A program made the translations under genes and the position numbers. From Protoeuglena noctilucae (lineage: Eukaryota), in the NCBI GenBank assembly GCA_958009085.1, contig OY253670.1, positions 310,001-374,000 of the forward strand: 64,000 bases of DNA, read 5' to 3'. Position 1 is the first letter of the stretch. Every line of letters starts with the position of its first letter. Below, in pieces: positions 37,806-50,200 of this stretch. Under the pieces are notes generated by a model. It worked only from the letters and a program-made list of their open reading frames with translations. It ran no database searches and was not told the DNA's origin.

Positions 37806-38018
37806 GGCTGCTTGCTTATTGACTCCCGAGCATTTCCGCTGCGATGCTGCTAGCATCGCATGCCATAGGGCCTGCCGTCAGTAGCTGTGAGTGGCGGCTA
37901 GGCGGTAGATTGTCGCCCAAGCCCTGCCTTCAAGCCCAGCAGTTGTGCTTGCATCGCGATGCCTATTCAAAGACAAGCCCTGGTTCCTAAGCTGCAGCCA
38001 CCCTGTCACAACTAACCA

Positions 38019-38218
38019 TCACGTGTGCCCCACCGCTGCCTGCCACTCCTCGCACGTGTACTTCTGCCCGGCCACCGTGAAGCTCGCCCCCCCGTAGCAC
38101 TCCAAGCTCATGCCCCTCAGGTCCTCGCCCGTCCGCCCCGACACCTCGAGCCTGCACGACTTGTACTCGTAGTCGTAGTAGTTGTACTGGTAGCTCGACA
38201 CGGACACCCCCGCTGAGC
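38019..38218 (-). pseudogene. Orphaned 3' fragment (last ~66 codons) of the beta-helix gene
   Basis: SAGVSVSSYQYNYYDYEYKSCRLEVSGRTGEDLRGMSLECYGG...GHT* matches 791-990; homology ends abruptly at 38218. Confidence 0.85.
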
Positions 38219-38620
38219 GCCACTGTGGATGATCTGGCACGTAGGGCAGGCCCATAGGGAGTCAATTACTGCCAGCCGAATAGCCCTGCATCTCCATCTG
38301 TTTGTCCCGATCCTCACGAGTAGCTTTCATCTTCCAATCGCACCTGCGAAGTCCCGAGCTCAGCTCCGTTCCCGCCTGCAGCAGGTTGGGCCAGCAGGTG
38401 AGCCGGCCAAGGCATTCGATGATCAATTTATGCATCTAGATTTCGATGATCGCCACATACACGCTGTCGGTCCACCTGCAGGGCGAGGGCGGCATCGCAC
38501 GCTGGCGGCAGCGTACGGAACCCAGGCCCGCGCTTAGAACGCGCCGCCCGGTCGCTCACGCGCCTTCGCCGATCCGAGCGTGTCCGCTCTCCTCCGCGGG
38601 ATCGCCGCGCGAGGGCCGCG

Positions 38621-41600
38621 ATGGTGGAGTTGGTCGTAAACGTCGAGGTTTTCCTTCGGCGTCTCAAAACCCTCTATGACCGCTGGAAGGCGAGCGCGCG
38701 GGGCTCGGATCGGTCCACCGGGTCTCTTTAGAACGCTTCGTCCGATTAGAGGCGACGGGACGCGCCCACGTCCCGCCAGGCGCCCCGCGAGCCCAGCGCG
38801 GGGCGCCACCCCTGCCTCGCCCGCCGCGCCCCGGAGCGTGACCCCCGCCCCAACTAACCGGCCCGTCCCTTTTGTCGGTTCACGAATTATTTGATGGCAA
38901 GGTCCGATGTGGCGTGCGACGACGCGCTGCCCGCGCCCGGCGCTCTGCACGCAGGCCGAGCGTGCGGGCCCCTGGCAGGGCGCGGACGTCCTGGCCGTCC
39001 CCCACGGCACGCCGAGCAACGACATCAGCTACAAGAAGTCTGCATCCCTGCACATGTGGCTATTTGGCTACGAGGTGGGCGCCACGCGCGCTGCGTCTGC
39101 GCCTCCGCGCCCGCTGGCCCGCCCCGCCCCGCGCGGGCGCCCTCGCCCCCGTCCGTCCTGCTCAATCCTTCGTTTGGTTCATATATCACTCGAAATCAAT
39201 GCCAGGGTCGTCTCCGGCCCGCCCCGCGCGCCGCGAGAGCGCACTGCAGGACCGGACCCCGCACTGCGCGCCTCTCCGCAGATCCCCGACACGGTGATGG
39301 TCTTCACGCCTTCATCGATCGAAGTGGTCGCGTCCAAGAAGAAGGTGGCGTTCCTGGAGCCGCTCGTGGAGCCGCTGCAGAGCCGCATGGGCATCAAGCT
39401 CGCGCTCTTCGTCAAGGTGAGGTGTTTGAGGGGCTCTGAGTGTGGAAAGGGCTAGTCTGCGATGAAGAGTGAGGAGTGAGATGTGACAGGGTGACATGCA
39501 CGTCACGACAGTAGCGCACTGCTACCAGGGCTGCGCATGCAATGCAGATACGTCCCAGCCACACCGTCGCATTGCATCGCACCACCCCGCTCCCTCGCTC
39601 CACCCACCCACCACGCTCCCCCCGCTCCTTCCCCCTCTCAGGACAAGTCGAGCGATGGCAAGGAGGAAGTCGCTAAGATCCTCCCCTCCCTCCGTGCCGC
39701 ATCAGCTGTCGGCGTATTTGCGAAGGACAAACACGACGGTCCCCTGGTGGCGACGTTCTTTGAAGCGTTGGGGGATTCCAAGACCGCGGACGTGTCCGCT
39801 GCGGCCGCGGAGGTCATGGCGGTGAAGGACGAGGCGGAGCAGGCGAGGGGTGGGGGTGTGTGGGGGGGGTGTGTTGAGGGGCTCAAGACACAGTGATAAT
39901 CAGTGGATTTTACAGAGTTACGAGTCGATATCACCATGCAATGCATCCATTACTCTTCCGTCATCACCCATCCTCCCACCACTCCCTCTCCCTCCCCCAG
40001 AAGCTGGTGCGCAAGTCCGCGTTTCTGGCGTCTTCCGTGGTGGCCAACTTCGTGCAGCCGCGGGTGGAGGAGGTGGCGGCGTCGGGGAAGCGCGTGCGGC
40101 ACAAGGCGCTGGGGCAGGAGATTGAGGTGAGGGGAGGAGAGGGGACGAGGAGAGGGGAAGCGCGTGCGGCATCACGCAAAGTGGAGTGGCTCAGTAGACA
40201 AGCCGACAGCGCTCTTACTGCCACTCGCACCCTCACTGCCACCACCCCCACTGCCACCCCCACTGCCACACTCATCACCACCCCCACTGCCACCCCCACT
40301 GCCACCCCCACTGCCACCCAATACCCTCACCCCCACCCAACACCCCCAGGAGGCCTGCCAGAACCCAGCAGCCAAGGCGAAGATCAAGCTGAAGGCCGAC
40401 GCGGTGGACGTGGCCTATCCCCCCGTGGTGCAGTCCGGCGGCACGTTCGACTTGCGCATGATCGTGCCGTGTGACGACCGTTTCCTGCACCCCTGGTGCG
40501 TGACCGTATCGGTGGGGACGAGGTACCAGTCATACTGCGCCAACTGCGCGAGGACGTTCTTCGTCAACGCTCCTGCCAAGGCGCAGGTGAGGGATTGATG
40601 GGGTGGGGGTTGGGGTATGGGTGGTGGTGAGGGTAGAGGAGGGGTGATTGGTAGTGGCAAGGGGCGGTGGGTTCCCTTCTATCTATGCTCATCCTCACAG
40701 ACACACTTTTCTATGCCGCCCAATTTCTCATACTCCATTCCCTCTCATCTCCCCGCTTCCCACACAGACCCAGTACCAGGCCTTCCTCTCCACCCTCACT
40801 CCTGCTCCTCACAGACCCACTCTCTCATGCAAATGTACTCTCGCACTCTCTCTCATCTCTTCTCTCCCTCACCAGAGGCCCAGTACCAGGCCCTCCTCTC
40901 CGCCCTCACCGCCCTGTGCACGTCCATCCCCACAGACCCCATCTCATGCTACTACCCCATTCCACCTCTTCTAACCCTATTGTTAACACCACCACCACCC
41001 CTTTCCACACAGACCCAGTACCAGGCGCTCCTCTCCGCCCTCACCGCCCTGTGCGAGGCCCTGCGCCCGGGCGCATTGCTCAAAGACGTTTACGCTGCCG
41101 CCATCGACGCACTCAAGGCGTCCCCGCACCCGGAGCTGGCCGAGTTGCTGCCCAAGAACCTCGGATCGCTGACGGGGATCGAACTGAGGGAGGCGTCGCA
41201 CGTGATCGGGGCGGGGTGGTGAGGGGATGTGGGGTGGTGGGGTGGGGTGGGGGTTAGGGAGGGATTGTGTGGATTGGGCCGGGGTGGTGAGATGTGGGGG
41301 GGTGGACGGGTTGGGAAATGAGGATTGGGATGAGCGGAATGAGTGGGAGTTCAGTTGCGCAGTCGGCGAGATGCACCGTCACGCCTCCTCGCTTTTACTT
41401 CACTTCCCTTGCACCCCACCTCACCCCCATTCCCACTCCCTTATCACTTCGCTATCACTTACCCGTTACCACTCACCCCCCTCCCCCCTCTCTCCCAATC
41501 TCTAAGCAGGTACCCGCATGCAGCCCCACTGCTCCCCACTCCCTCATCAACCCCAACTACTAACACCACTCCCCCCACTCCTCCACTCTCTCATCACCGC

Positions 41601-44600
41601 TACCTCACTGCCCCCCACTCCCCCACTGCCTTATCACTTTGCTACCACTCCCCTCACTCCTCCCCCACTCCCCCACTCCCTCCCCATCACCCCCAACCAC
41701 TTACACCACTCCCACCACTCCTTTCCCCCTCTTCCCTTCTCCCAGCGATGCCCGCGTGGAGCCCAACTGCGCGTACGTGGTCAACCTCATGGCCTCTCCT
41801 TTGGTGAACGAAGAGGCGCCCGAGGGACCCGAGCGCACCTACGCACTGCAAGTGTCAGACACGGGTGAGTGAATGGGGGAGTAGTGATTGGGGTAGATGA
41901 GAGAGGATGGCGACGGCATAGCTGCGCTCTGCAAGTGTCAGACACGGGTGAGGGAGATGAGGAGAGTGACTAGGGGATATGGGTGCGATGAGTGTGGGTA
42001 GATGAGTGACTGGGAGATGGGTGGGGGTTGCAGTGTTGCACCTATGTCCTGCAAGTGTCAGACACGGGTGAGTGGGAGATGAGTGACTGGGGGAGATGAG
42101 CGATGGAGGGAGATGAGTGTGGGTGGCAATGGCTGGATGGGGCGATAGGGGTCGTGACCATGGCTGCAAATACTACCCTCCCTCACCCACACCCTCATAG
42201 CAACCCACACCACATGCCAACCCACCCCCCTATTCAAACAAACCCCCATTACCCCCCACCCCCCACCCCCAGTGTTGACGAAGGATGGCGCGGCTGCCGA
42301 GTTGCTGACCAGCTTCAGCAAGCGCGACTGGAAGGACCTCACGTATTTGATGGACCGAGAAGAGATGGCCAGGGACCAGGCGAGGATATGGGGGATGAAT
42401 GGGGATACCGGTTACTATGTATAATGGGGGATAGAATTATGCTGTATCAGATGCACATGTTACTGTGTAGTGCTTGTTATGTAGTCAAAGATCGGGAGGA
42501 GATGGCCAGGGACCAGGCGAGGAGAAGGGTTGAAAGGGAAATTTGGTTGTTGCTATCATAATGTATTGGGAAATGATATTGGAAGTGATGTTTGCGATCG
42601 AACGCGCAGGGTGCGTTCGTACTAACATGTTCTGACTCTATCGACTGTTCTCTCTGCTTTGCCCAATATATTTGTCCAACAAGTATATTAACGAATAATC
42701 CCTATCGCATTCTTATACCATGCTAACAACACCCCCCTTCGCAGGGCGTGGACTCCGGGGACGAGGAGGGGGAGCGTGCGTTTGCGATTGGTCGGGACGC
42801 CCTTCGTGCGGCTCGCAAGGACGACGTGCAGCAGCGGCAGAGGGAGCTGGCGGAGGAAAAGACGAAAGACACGATTGACAGGCTCAGAGCTGCGGGGGAG
42901 AAGATGGGGAGGGGAAAGGCGGGTGAGGGGTTAGGGGGGTGGATGTGGGGTGGTGAGGGAGTGGTGGGGTGACAATGAGAGACTGAAACGTCGTTATCTT
43001 CCGGGTTGCCTCTCATAAATACGATTCTGTTATCACCCACTCCCAATTCATACTCTCTCAGGCAAGGCCGTGCGCACCACCAAGAGCATCGTCAGTTACC
43101 GCGATATGGCCGAGATGCCCAAGAGCCAGGCCATGGTCATCCAGGCGAGTTGAATGGGAAGGGAGGGTTAGTTGTGTCTAGCATAGCTTTCAGTTGCATT
43201 CCGTCTTCATAATTAGCGTCCTACTTGCCTCTTTTATCATTATAATCACCCACTATCTATTCACCAATCCGTATACTATCTTCAACCATTCCCCCATCTT
43301 ACCACCCAACAGGTCGACCACCGCCGCGAGTCCCTCCTCCTCCCCATCTACGGCGTGCTGGTCCCCTTCCACATCGCGACGGTCAAGTCGATCACGTATA
43401 GCCAGGAGGGCGAGCTGCATTCAATCCGCGTCATCTTCAACACGCCCGGGTCATTCGCGGCCGAGGGGTTCCAGCCCGCTGCCGACTTCCCCCACGCCAT
43501 CTACGTCAAGGAGCTCAGCTACAGGTGAGGGATGTTTTGTATAACTGTTATAATTATAGTGTATATGTCACTATATGTGGGCACCATAATGCGCCATCTA
43601 CGTCAAGGAGCTGAGCTGCAGGCGAGTGGGGGGATGGTTTATTATTGATATCGGTACTGATAACAATAATAACATCTGCCTCTTTGGAACCCAGTCACCT
43701 CGATATCATCCAAACTTCCAACTCCCCGTCGTCATTTCCAAACACCCCCAGGAGCAAGGACGCGGGCCACGCCTCGCGCGTGGTGCAGGAGGCCAAGGCA
43801 TTGCAGAAGAACGTGAGGAGCCGGGACAAGGAGCGGGCGGAACGTGCTACGCTGGTGTCGCAGGAGAAGATGGTCACGATGCGCGTGCCGAGGGCCAAGC
43901 TCAGCGACGTGTGGGCGCGGCCGGCGCTGGGGGGCGGGAGGGGGAGGAAGGCCCCGGGGGTGCTCGAGGTGCACCAGGTGACTGTGGTGGTGTTATATGT
44001 CATATTTATTATTGATATGTATGAGGAAGTATGAACGATGCGTGTGGGTGTCTCGGTACTGTATGGAAGGCGCCGGGGGTGCTTTAGCGAGGTGCACCAG
44101 GCGAGTCTGTTATATTATATTATATTATATTATATTATATCACCACCCCTCATTCCTTGTCAATCGCAGAACGGCTTCCGTTACTCGAGCCCGCGCACGC
44201 AAGAGGTGGTGGACGTGATGTTCAGCAACGTGAAGCACGCCTTCTTCCAGCCGGCGCAGAACGAGCACATCGCGCTGGTGCACTTGCATCTCTTCGACCC
44301 CATCATGGTCAACAAGAAGAAGACCAACGACGTGCAGTTCTTCACTGAGGTGGGTATGGTTATCATGGTATCAATAGTTACGGGTAGTTACTAGTATTGG
44401 TTAGATATGGTGGTGGCAGTCAACAAGAAGAAGACCAACGACGTGCGCAGTAGTCAACACCGACACCAAGCCGTGTCCTAATCATTTGCTTACTTCGAAC
44501 ATAACTCTTTCACTCCCCCCTTCCCCTATTCCCAGGTGGTGGACGCGGTGCAGACGCTGGACGGCGCTCGTAGTAACGCGTACGACCCCGATGAGATTGA

Positions 44601-46593
44601 GGACGAGCAGAGGGAGAGGGAGAGGAAGAACAGGATCAACAAGGACTTCGAGAGGTTCTGCAAACAGGTGAGGGGAATACCGAAGACGCGCTAAAACGTT
44701 TTGTACTGCACCCATGCCTCCTCCCATCCCCGCAGCTCACCAGAACGAGCTACGATAATTTAATGGTAATAATAATTACAATAATCATCTACTATTCATC
44801 GTCCACCCCCCTTCCCACCCATCGCAGCTCCAGGACGTGTGGTCGCGCGAGTTCCCCAAGCTGGACCTGGAGTGGCAGATGCCCTATCGCAAGCTGATGT
44901 TCGAGGGGGTGCCATTCAAAGAAAACGTCAACTGCCTGCCCACCATGAAGTGCCTGGTGGAGCTCACATCCATGCCATTCCTGGTGGTGGACCTCGACGA
45001 GGCGGAGATCGTGTCCCTCGAGGCGAGTTTGGTTTGTTGTTGGTATAATTGATTTATCAGTATCTGTTACTACTGCTATTATTACTATCACTGCCAGTGC
45101 GACCTCGACGAGGCCGAGATTGTGTCCCTAGGCGAGTATCGTGGTTATTTGTTATTGTTATTACTGTTATTATCATGCTATTACTATTACTATTACTATT
45201 ACTATTACTATTACTATTACTATTACTATTACTTTTACTATTACTGTTACTATCCTTATTACTTTTACTCTTACTACTCTCAACCACCATTCCCCCCCGC
45301 AGCGCGTGGGCATTTCATCGCTTCGCAACTTTGACATTGTGGTGGTATTTAAGGACTTCACCCGACCCGTGCAGCACATCCACTCGGTGCCCGCCAAGAA
45401 GCTCGAGGTCGTCAAGGCGAGTTCTTTTTGTAATTAAATAACATAGACACATCGAATGCGAACGTGATGATAATAGATATTAAAAAATGATTATCATAAG
45501 TACAATGATGTGATAATTGTGATATTGTAATAATTATTATAAGTATAATAACCCACTCATCATCTCCCAACCCACCCCCAGCAATGGCTGACCTCCACGG
45601 GCATCCCGTTCTTCGAGAACAAGCACAACATGCGATGGGACATGATATTGAAGGAGATCACCAAGGACCCGGCCGCGTTCGAGGAAGTGGGGGGGTGGGC
45701 GGGGTTCCTGGACGCGCAGGGCGGGAGCGATGATGAGGTGAGAACAAGATGGGTGGGGTGGGGTGATGGGTGGGGTGATGATAGAGATGGGGTGTGGTGA
45801 GGGTAGCAGTGGGGGTGGCAGTGGAGTTCCGGGACGTGCAGGGCGGGAGCGAGGATGAGGTGAGGGGTGGGGTGGGTGGTGATGAGTGGGGTTGATGAGG
45901 GGTGTGTTCGCGTGGAAATGGCGAACGGGTAGCACGGACTGTGTCGCCAGTACTAGTATGCATGTATGATATTAATTAGTCAACATATCATCGTATGATC
46001 TACGCTCCCAGGACGACGGCGAGCCCTCGGATGACGACTTCCAGCCGTCAGGGAGCAGCGAGGAGGAGGAGAGCGACGACGAGTCGAGTGACTACATCAC
46101 CAGCGAGGGGGAGGTGAGTGATGAGAGTGGGATGGAATGAAGGGGGTTGTAGGTGTTGGATATGCCCCACCCTCGCTGCCATTCGCACACTCATCCCCAC
46201 TGCCACCCCCACCCCCACTGCCACCCCCACCGCCACCCCCACTGCCACCCCCACTGTCACCCTCAACATCACCCCCACTGCCACCCTCCCTCACCCCCAC
46301 TCACCCCACCCACCCTCACCCTCACCCCACTCCAGGACTCTGGCTCTGAGGAGCTTGGGAGTGACGAGGAGAGTGGCAAGGACTGGGATGAGCTTGAGAA
46401 GGAGGCAGCGGATGCGGACGCTGAGGCGGGCAGCGATGACGATGAGGAGGAGAGGCGGTTGAAGAGGAAGAGGGAAGCGATGTCTAAGAAAGGGGGTGGT
46501 GGGAGTGGGAAGGGGAGTGGTGGGGGTAAGAGTGGGGGTAAGGGGGGACCAGCGAAGGGGAGTGGGGGGCCTGTAAAGAAAGCTAAGCGATGA
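38621..46593 (+). CDS. SPT16: FACT complex subunit SPT16; 20 exons
   Basis: FLRRLKTLYDRWK, SYKKSASLHMWLFGYE|IPDT, YPPVVQSGGTFDL, GTRYQSYCANCARTF, LLLPIYGVLVPFHIATVK, GVLEVHQ|NGFRY, VKHAFFQP, YDPDEIEDEQRER and acidic tail GKDWDELEKEA. All 19 introns join in frame. Confidence 0.96.
45150..45282. repeat. AT-rich (TAT/TAC)n microsatellite in an SPT16 intron
   Basis: ttactattactattactatt... tract, far below local GC content. Confidence 0.9.
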
Positions 46594-46929
46594 GGGGGTT
46601 AGTGGGTGAGGGAGGTGGTGGGGTGAGGAGATGTGGAATTAAGCGGAAGTACGGGCGAAGGGGTGGATGTGGGTGGGGTGCTGGAGGTGGCGGTGGTGGT
46701 GGTGGTGGCGAGAGTGGGTGGCAAGGCGGTGTGCGCGTTTGCGCTGTGGAAAGTTGGGCAGGCGGAAGAAAGCTCGCGCGTTGCAGTTCGCTTGTGTGCC
46801 TCGATTGCGCCTTTAAAGCGGCGAAGTGCAAAACGCCCATGCAAAGCGCGAATGCCAAAGTGCGAACGCACTCGTGCGAGTGCGCTCTGCCAGCCAGCTG
46901 CCCGCCCCTGGGTGCCGCCCAGGTTTCCT

Positions 46930-46934
46930 TGTAA
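46930..46934 (+). promoter_or_regulatory. Putative TGTAA polyadenylation signal of SPT16
   Basis: TGTAA ~340 bp after the stop codon. The same chlorophyte-type motif follows other genes (7570, 32186 and 59383 on +; 63549-63545 on -). Confidence 0.45.
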
Positions 46935-47231
46935 ATGGTCTTATCGACAACAGTTGGCTTCTTTGATATTCAACTACTACGGATGAGACACTACAGACAC
47001 CCACACTGACACATCCTGGCACTGTGCTTGTAAGTATTTACATCCTATTCCACTATGCCCTTGCTCACACCAAACTGCCCACTCGTTTTGCCCCCTGCTC
47101 TCTCACTACACCATCACCCACTCCCACCCCCATCACCCACTCCCACTCCTACTGCCACCCTCATCACCCCACTCCCACCCCCACTCCACCCTCACCACCC
47201 CACCCAACCCCACCACCCCACACCCAAACCC

Positions 47232-50200
47232 TCACCCGTCGTCGTGTAATGCCACAATGAGCGACGGTGCCAGCATCCGGTACACCTCCCCCGACAAAGC
47301 CAGCGCCCACCCCCACGCCACCCCCGCACTGGGCCCCCTCGCCTGCACCACCTCCACGAAGCGTTTGAGGAAATCCAAGCCAGACTGACTCAGTAAACAG
47401 ACGGACGAGTCGACGTCGATGGCAGGCGATGCACTGGCATCGGCATTGGTAACGCTCGCACCACCACCCATGCCACCACTGCCACCCGCACTGCCACCTG
47501 CACCCGCACCCGCACCTGCACCCGCACCCGCAACCGCACCCGCACCCGCACCCGCACCCATACCACCACCCGTCTCTCCCCATCCCCCGAGCACCGTCGT
47601 CACAGCAAACAGCCCCGGCGCCGCCCGGCACAGCCACTGCAGCACGTCGCGCTGCGCTTGTTTCTTACGCAAACGCCTCTCCTTTCGCTCTGCGCTGTTT
47701 TCCATCCCATCAATGTCCTCGTCTGTCCCAAACAGGGAGGGGAATAGGGGCAGGCGGGAGGGGTCCACGAGGTCCAATTGGTCGGCCCAGTAGCGAGCTG
47801 CGGGGGGTGGGAGTTGGGGTGGGGATGTGAGTTTGGGGTGAGGGGGTGAGAATGGGGTGAGAGTTGGGGTAAGAGTGAGCGGGTAAAGGTGGGTTGCAGA
47901 GAGAGAGAGTGGGTGAGCTTGCGCAAGAGTGGGTAAGTGTGCGCATGCCATCTACCATCTACCATTTCCCACAATGCGCATCAGCAACATAGCAATATCG
48001 CGTTTCGTGTTGTGCTGTGCTGCGCCACATCTCTCGCCTTCCAGGTCGACGGTGCTGGTGGGGAGGGAGGAGAGGGGCAGGGAGAGGAACTGGGAGCGGG
48101 GGTCACTGGCGTTGGCGAGCTGCGGGAAGGGAGAAGGGTGTTGTTAGTATTGTTATTTGCTTGCTTGCATCGCGCTTGCATGGAAAGCGTCACAGACAGC
48201 ATCGCAGGCCATGTCTCCCACCACTCAACACTCACACCACCATTCCACTCACATACCATCCCAATCAACCGCCACCCACCCCATCTCCAACTCTCACCCG
48301 GCACAGCGTAATCGGGTACGCCATGTCACCCACCACTCAACATCCACACCCACATTACATCCAAATCAACCCCACCCACCACTTCACAACTCTCATCCAC
48401 CACTACATCAATCCCTCACCCGGCACAGCGTGATGGGGTACGCCATATCACCCCCCACATTCGCCTCGTGCACCGCCCTCATCGCCTCCGCCTCCTCCCC
48501 ATCGCCCATCCCCGCCCCGCACACCCACAGCCGCGTGTGCCGGAGCAGTTCCGGGTCCGACAGACGCACGCTCAGCTCCTGGCGCACGAAGCCACCCCCC
48601 TTAGGCCCCCACGCGCCCCACACCGCCGTCGACCCGACCGTCCCCACCGCCACCACCCGCACCCATGGCGCGCCCTCGGCCAGCATCGCGGCGAGTTCCA
48701 GCACCGCCTCCGCAGCCACGGGACGCACCAGGCCCCCGTTCAGATACACCACGATCACCCGGCGGTCGCTGGGCCCAGCCGCCGCCAGGGCGTTTACCAG
48801 CAGCGACGCCGCCAGACTGGCAAAGTCCTCGCCCCTCGCATCCGCCGCCGCCTCCATCGCAGCGAGCATCGCCGCTTTAGAAAGGCCCGGGGGTGGGTCG
48901 ACGGCCAGCTGACACGCGAGCGTCCATAGCAGCGACGCGTTGCGGGCCCACAGCGGACTGCGCAGGCCCCGGCACTCGCCGCTTGCCTGGTCGGGGAGAG
49001 CCGCGGCGAGGAGCAAACCGCACCGGCGGAGCTCTTGCGCCACCTCTGCCGCCATGCACACGGCCGGGAGCTCTGACAGACCGTCTGCTGTGCGGCACAG
49101 GCGGGACAGGCAGGGGGTGTCGGGGGCAGGGCCGGGGTGGACGCGAACGAACAGCAGCGTCTGCGGGCGCGGGACCTCGCCGACGGGCGCGGGCTCCCGG
49201 CCGCCGTCGCCGGGGGCAGCGGCACGGCGGCCGCGCCTGCGCTTGGCGCCACCCCGCAGCCGCAACGGGGGTGGGCCGTCGACCGGGGGGCCGCCGGGTT
49301 GCGGGGAGGGGTGCGGGGAGGGCGCGGGGACGCCCTGCGACGCGGCAGCGGACGGGAGGTACGGGGACAGGTGGCCCGCGGTTGCGTGGGTGGGTGGGTG
49401 CGGCCCCGCGACCCCCGCACCCCCCGCCATCCTCTGCGCCATCGCCAGCCACTCCGCCTCCGCAGCACTCCTCCCCGCGTTCGCCACCCCCGCTCCCTGC
49501 CCCTGCCTCGCCGCCACCTCTGCCCCCACCGCCTCCGCCACCCACCGCTCGCACTCTTGGGCCGCACGCATCCCCGCCTCCATTTCGAGCATCCGGGCGC
49601 GCGCCAGCTGCGCCTCTAAGGAGAGAGGACCGGACGTACCGGTATGCCCGATCATGCCCCCGATATGACCCATCATCGCGGTCAGCTCCCGCAGTGCCCA
49701 TGGGTCCCGCACCAGCGCCGCCAAAATCTCAGGGTGGGGCAAACCCTGGCCGGGAGCCGGGGCAATACCCTGGGCGGGGTCGGGGTCGGCGGGGAAGGCG
49801 CCCGCAGGCGCGTAGGGTGGCGCGCGGGAGTGGGCGAGCGCGAGGTGGGGCGGGTCGCTTGCGGGTGGCTGCCCGGCCCCTTCGGTCGCACCCCAGCCTT
49901 CGCCGGCGTCCCAGCGCCGTCCCACATCGGTCGGGGCGTCCGCTGCGCCCCACAGCGCCGCGCGCGCCGCCTCTGCCGCCGCCGCCGCCCTCTCCGCACC
50001 GACCATCGCGTCGGCAGTCACCGCCCCGAGCCCCCCCGTCCCCATCTGCGCCTCGTGCATCTGTTGCATCTGTTGCAGTTGCATCTGCTGCCACTGCATC
50101 TGTTGCAACTGCATCTGTTGCATCTGCATTTGCTGTATCTGCTGCAGCTGCGCCTGCGCTTGCATCTGGGCTGCCACGTCCTCTCCGTAACCCCACCCCG

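Larger units (their letters stand above)
37317..38218 (+). repeat. Direct segmental duplication of positions ~90-990
   Basis: Colinear match. 721-990 vs 37949-38218 differ at only 4 of 270 positions; the OPR part is roughly 85-90% identical by eye. Confidence 0.95.

Noticed and set aside
90..38218. LTR retrotransposon or other mobile element bounded by the two ~900-bp direct repeats
   Set aside because: The repeats are host gene ends, the interior holds ordinary housekeeping genes, and no RT, integrase, transposase, TG..CA termini or target-site duplication was seen
41846..42074. CRISPR-like direct repeats (24 bp x3)
   Set aside because: Eukaryotic intron, unequal spacers, no cas genes; the repeat is the exon end plus splice donor
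45049..45441. Poly-Leu, poly-Tyr and (IT)n ORFs
   Set aside because: Translations of an intronic microsatellite
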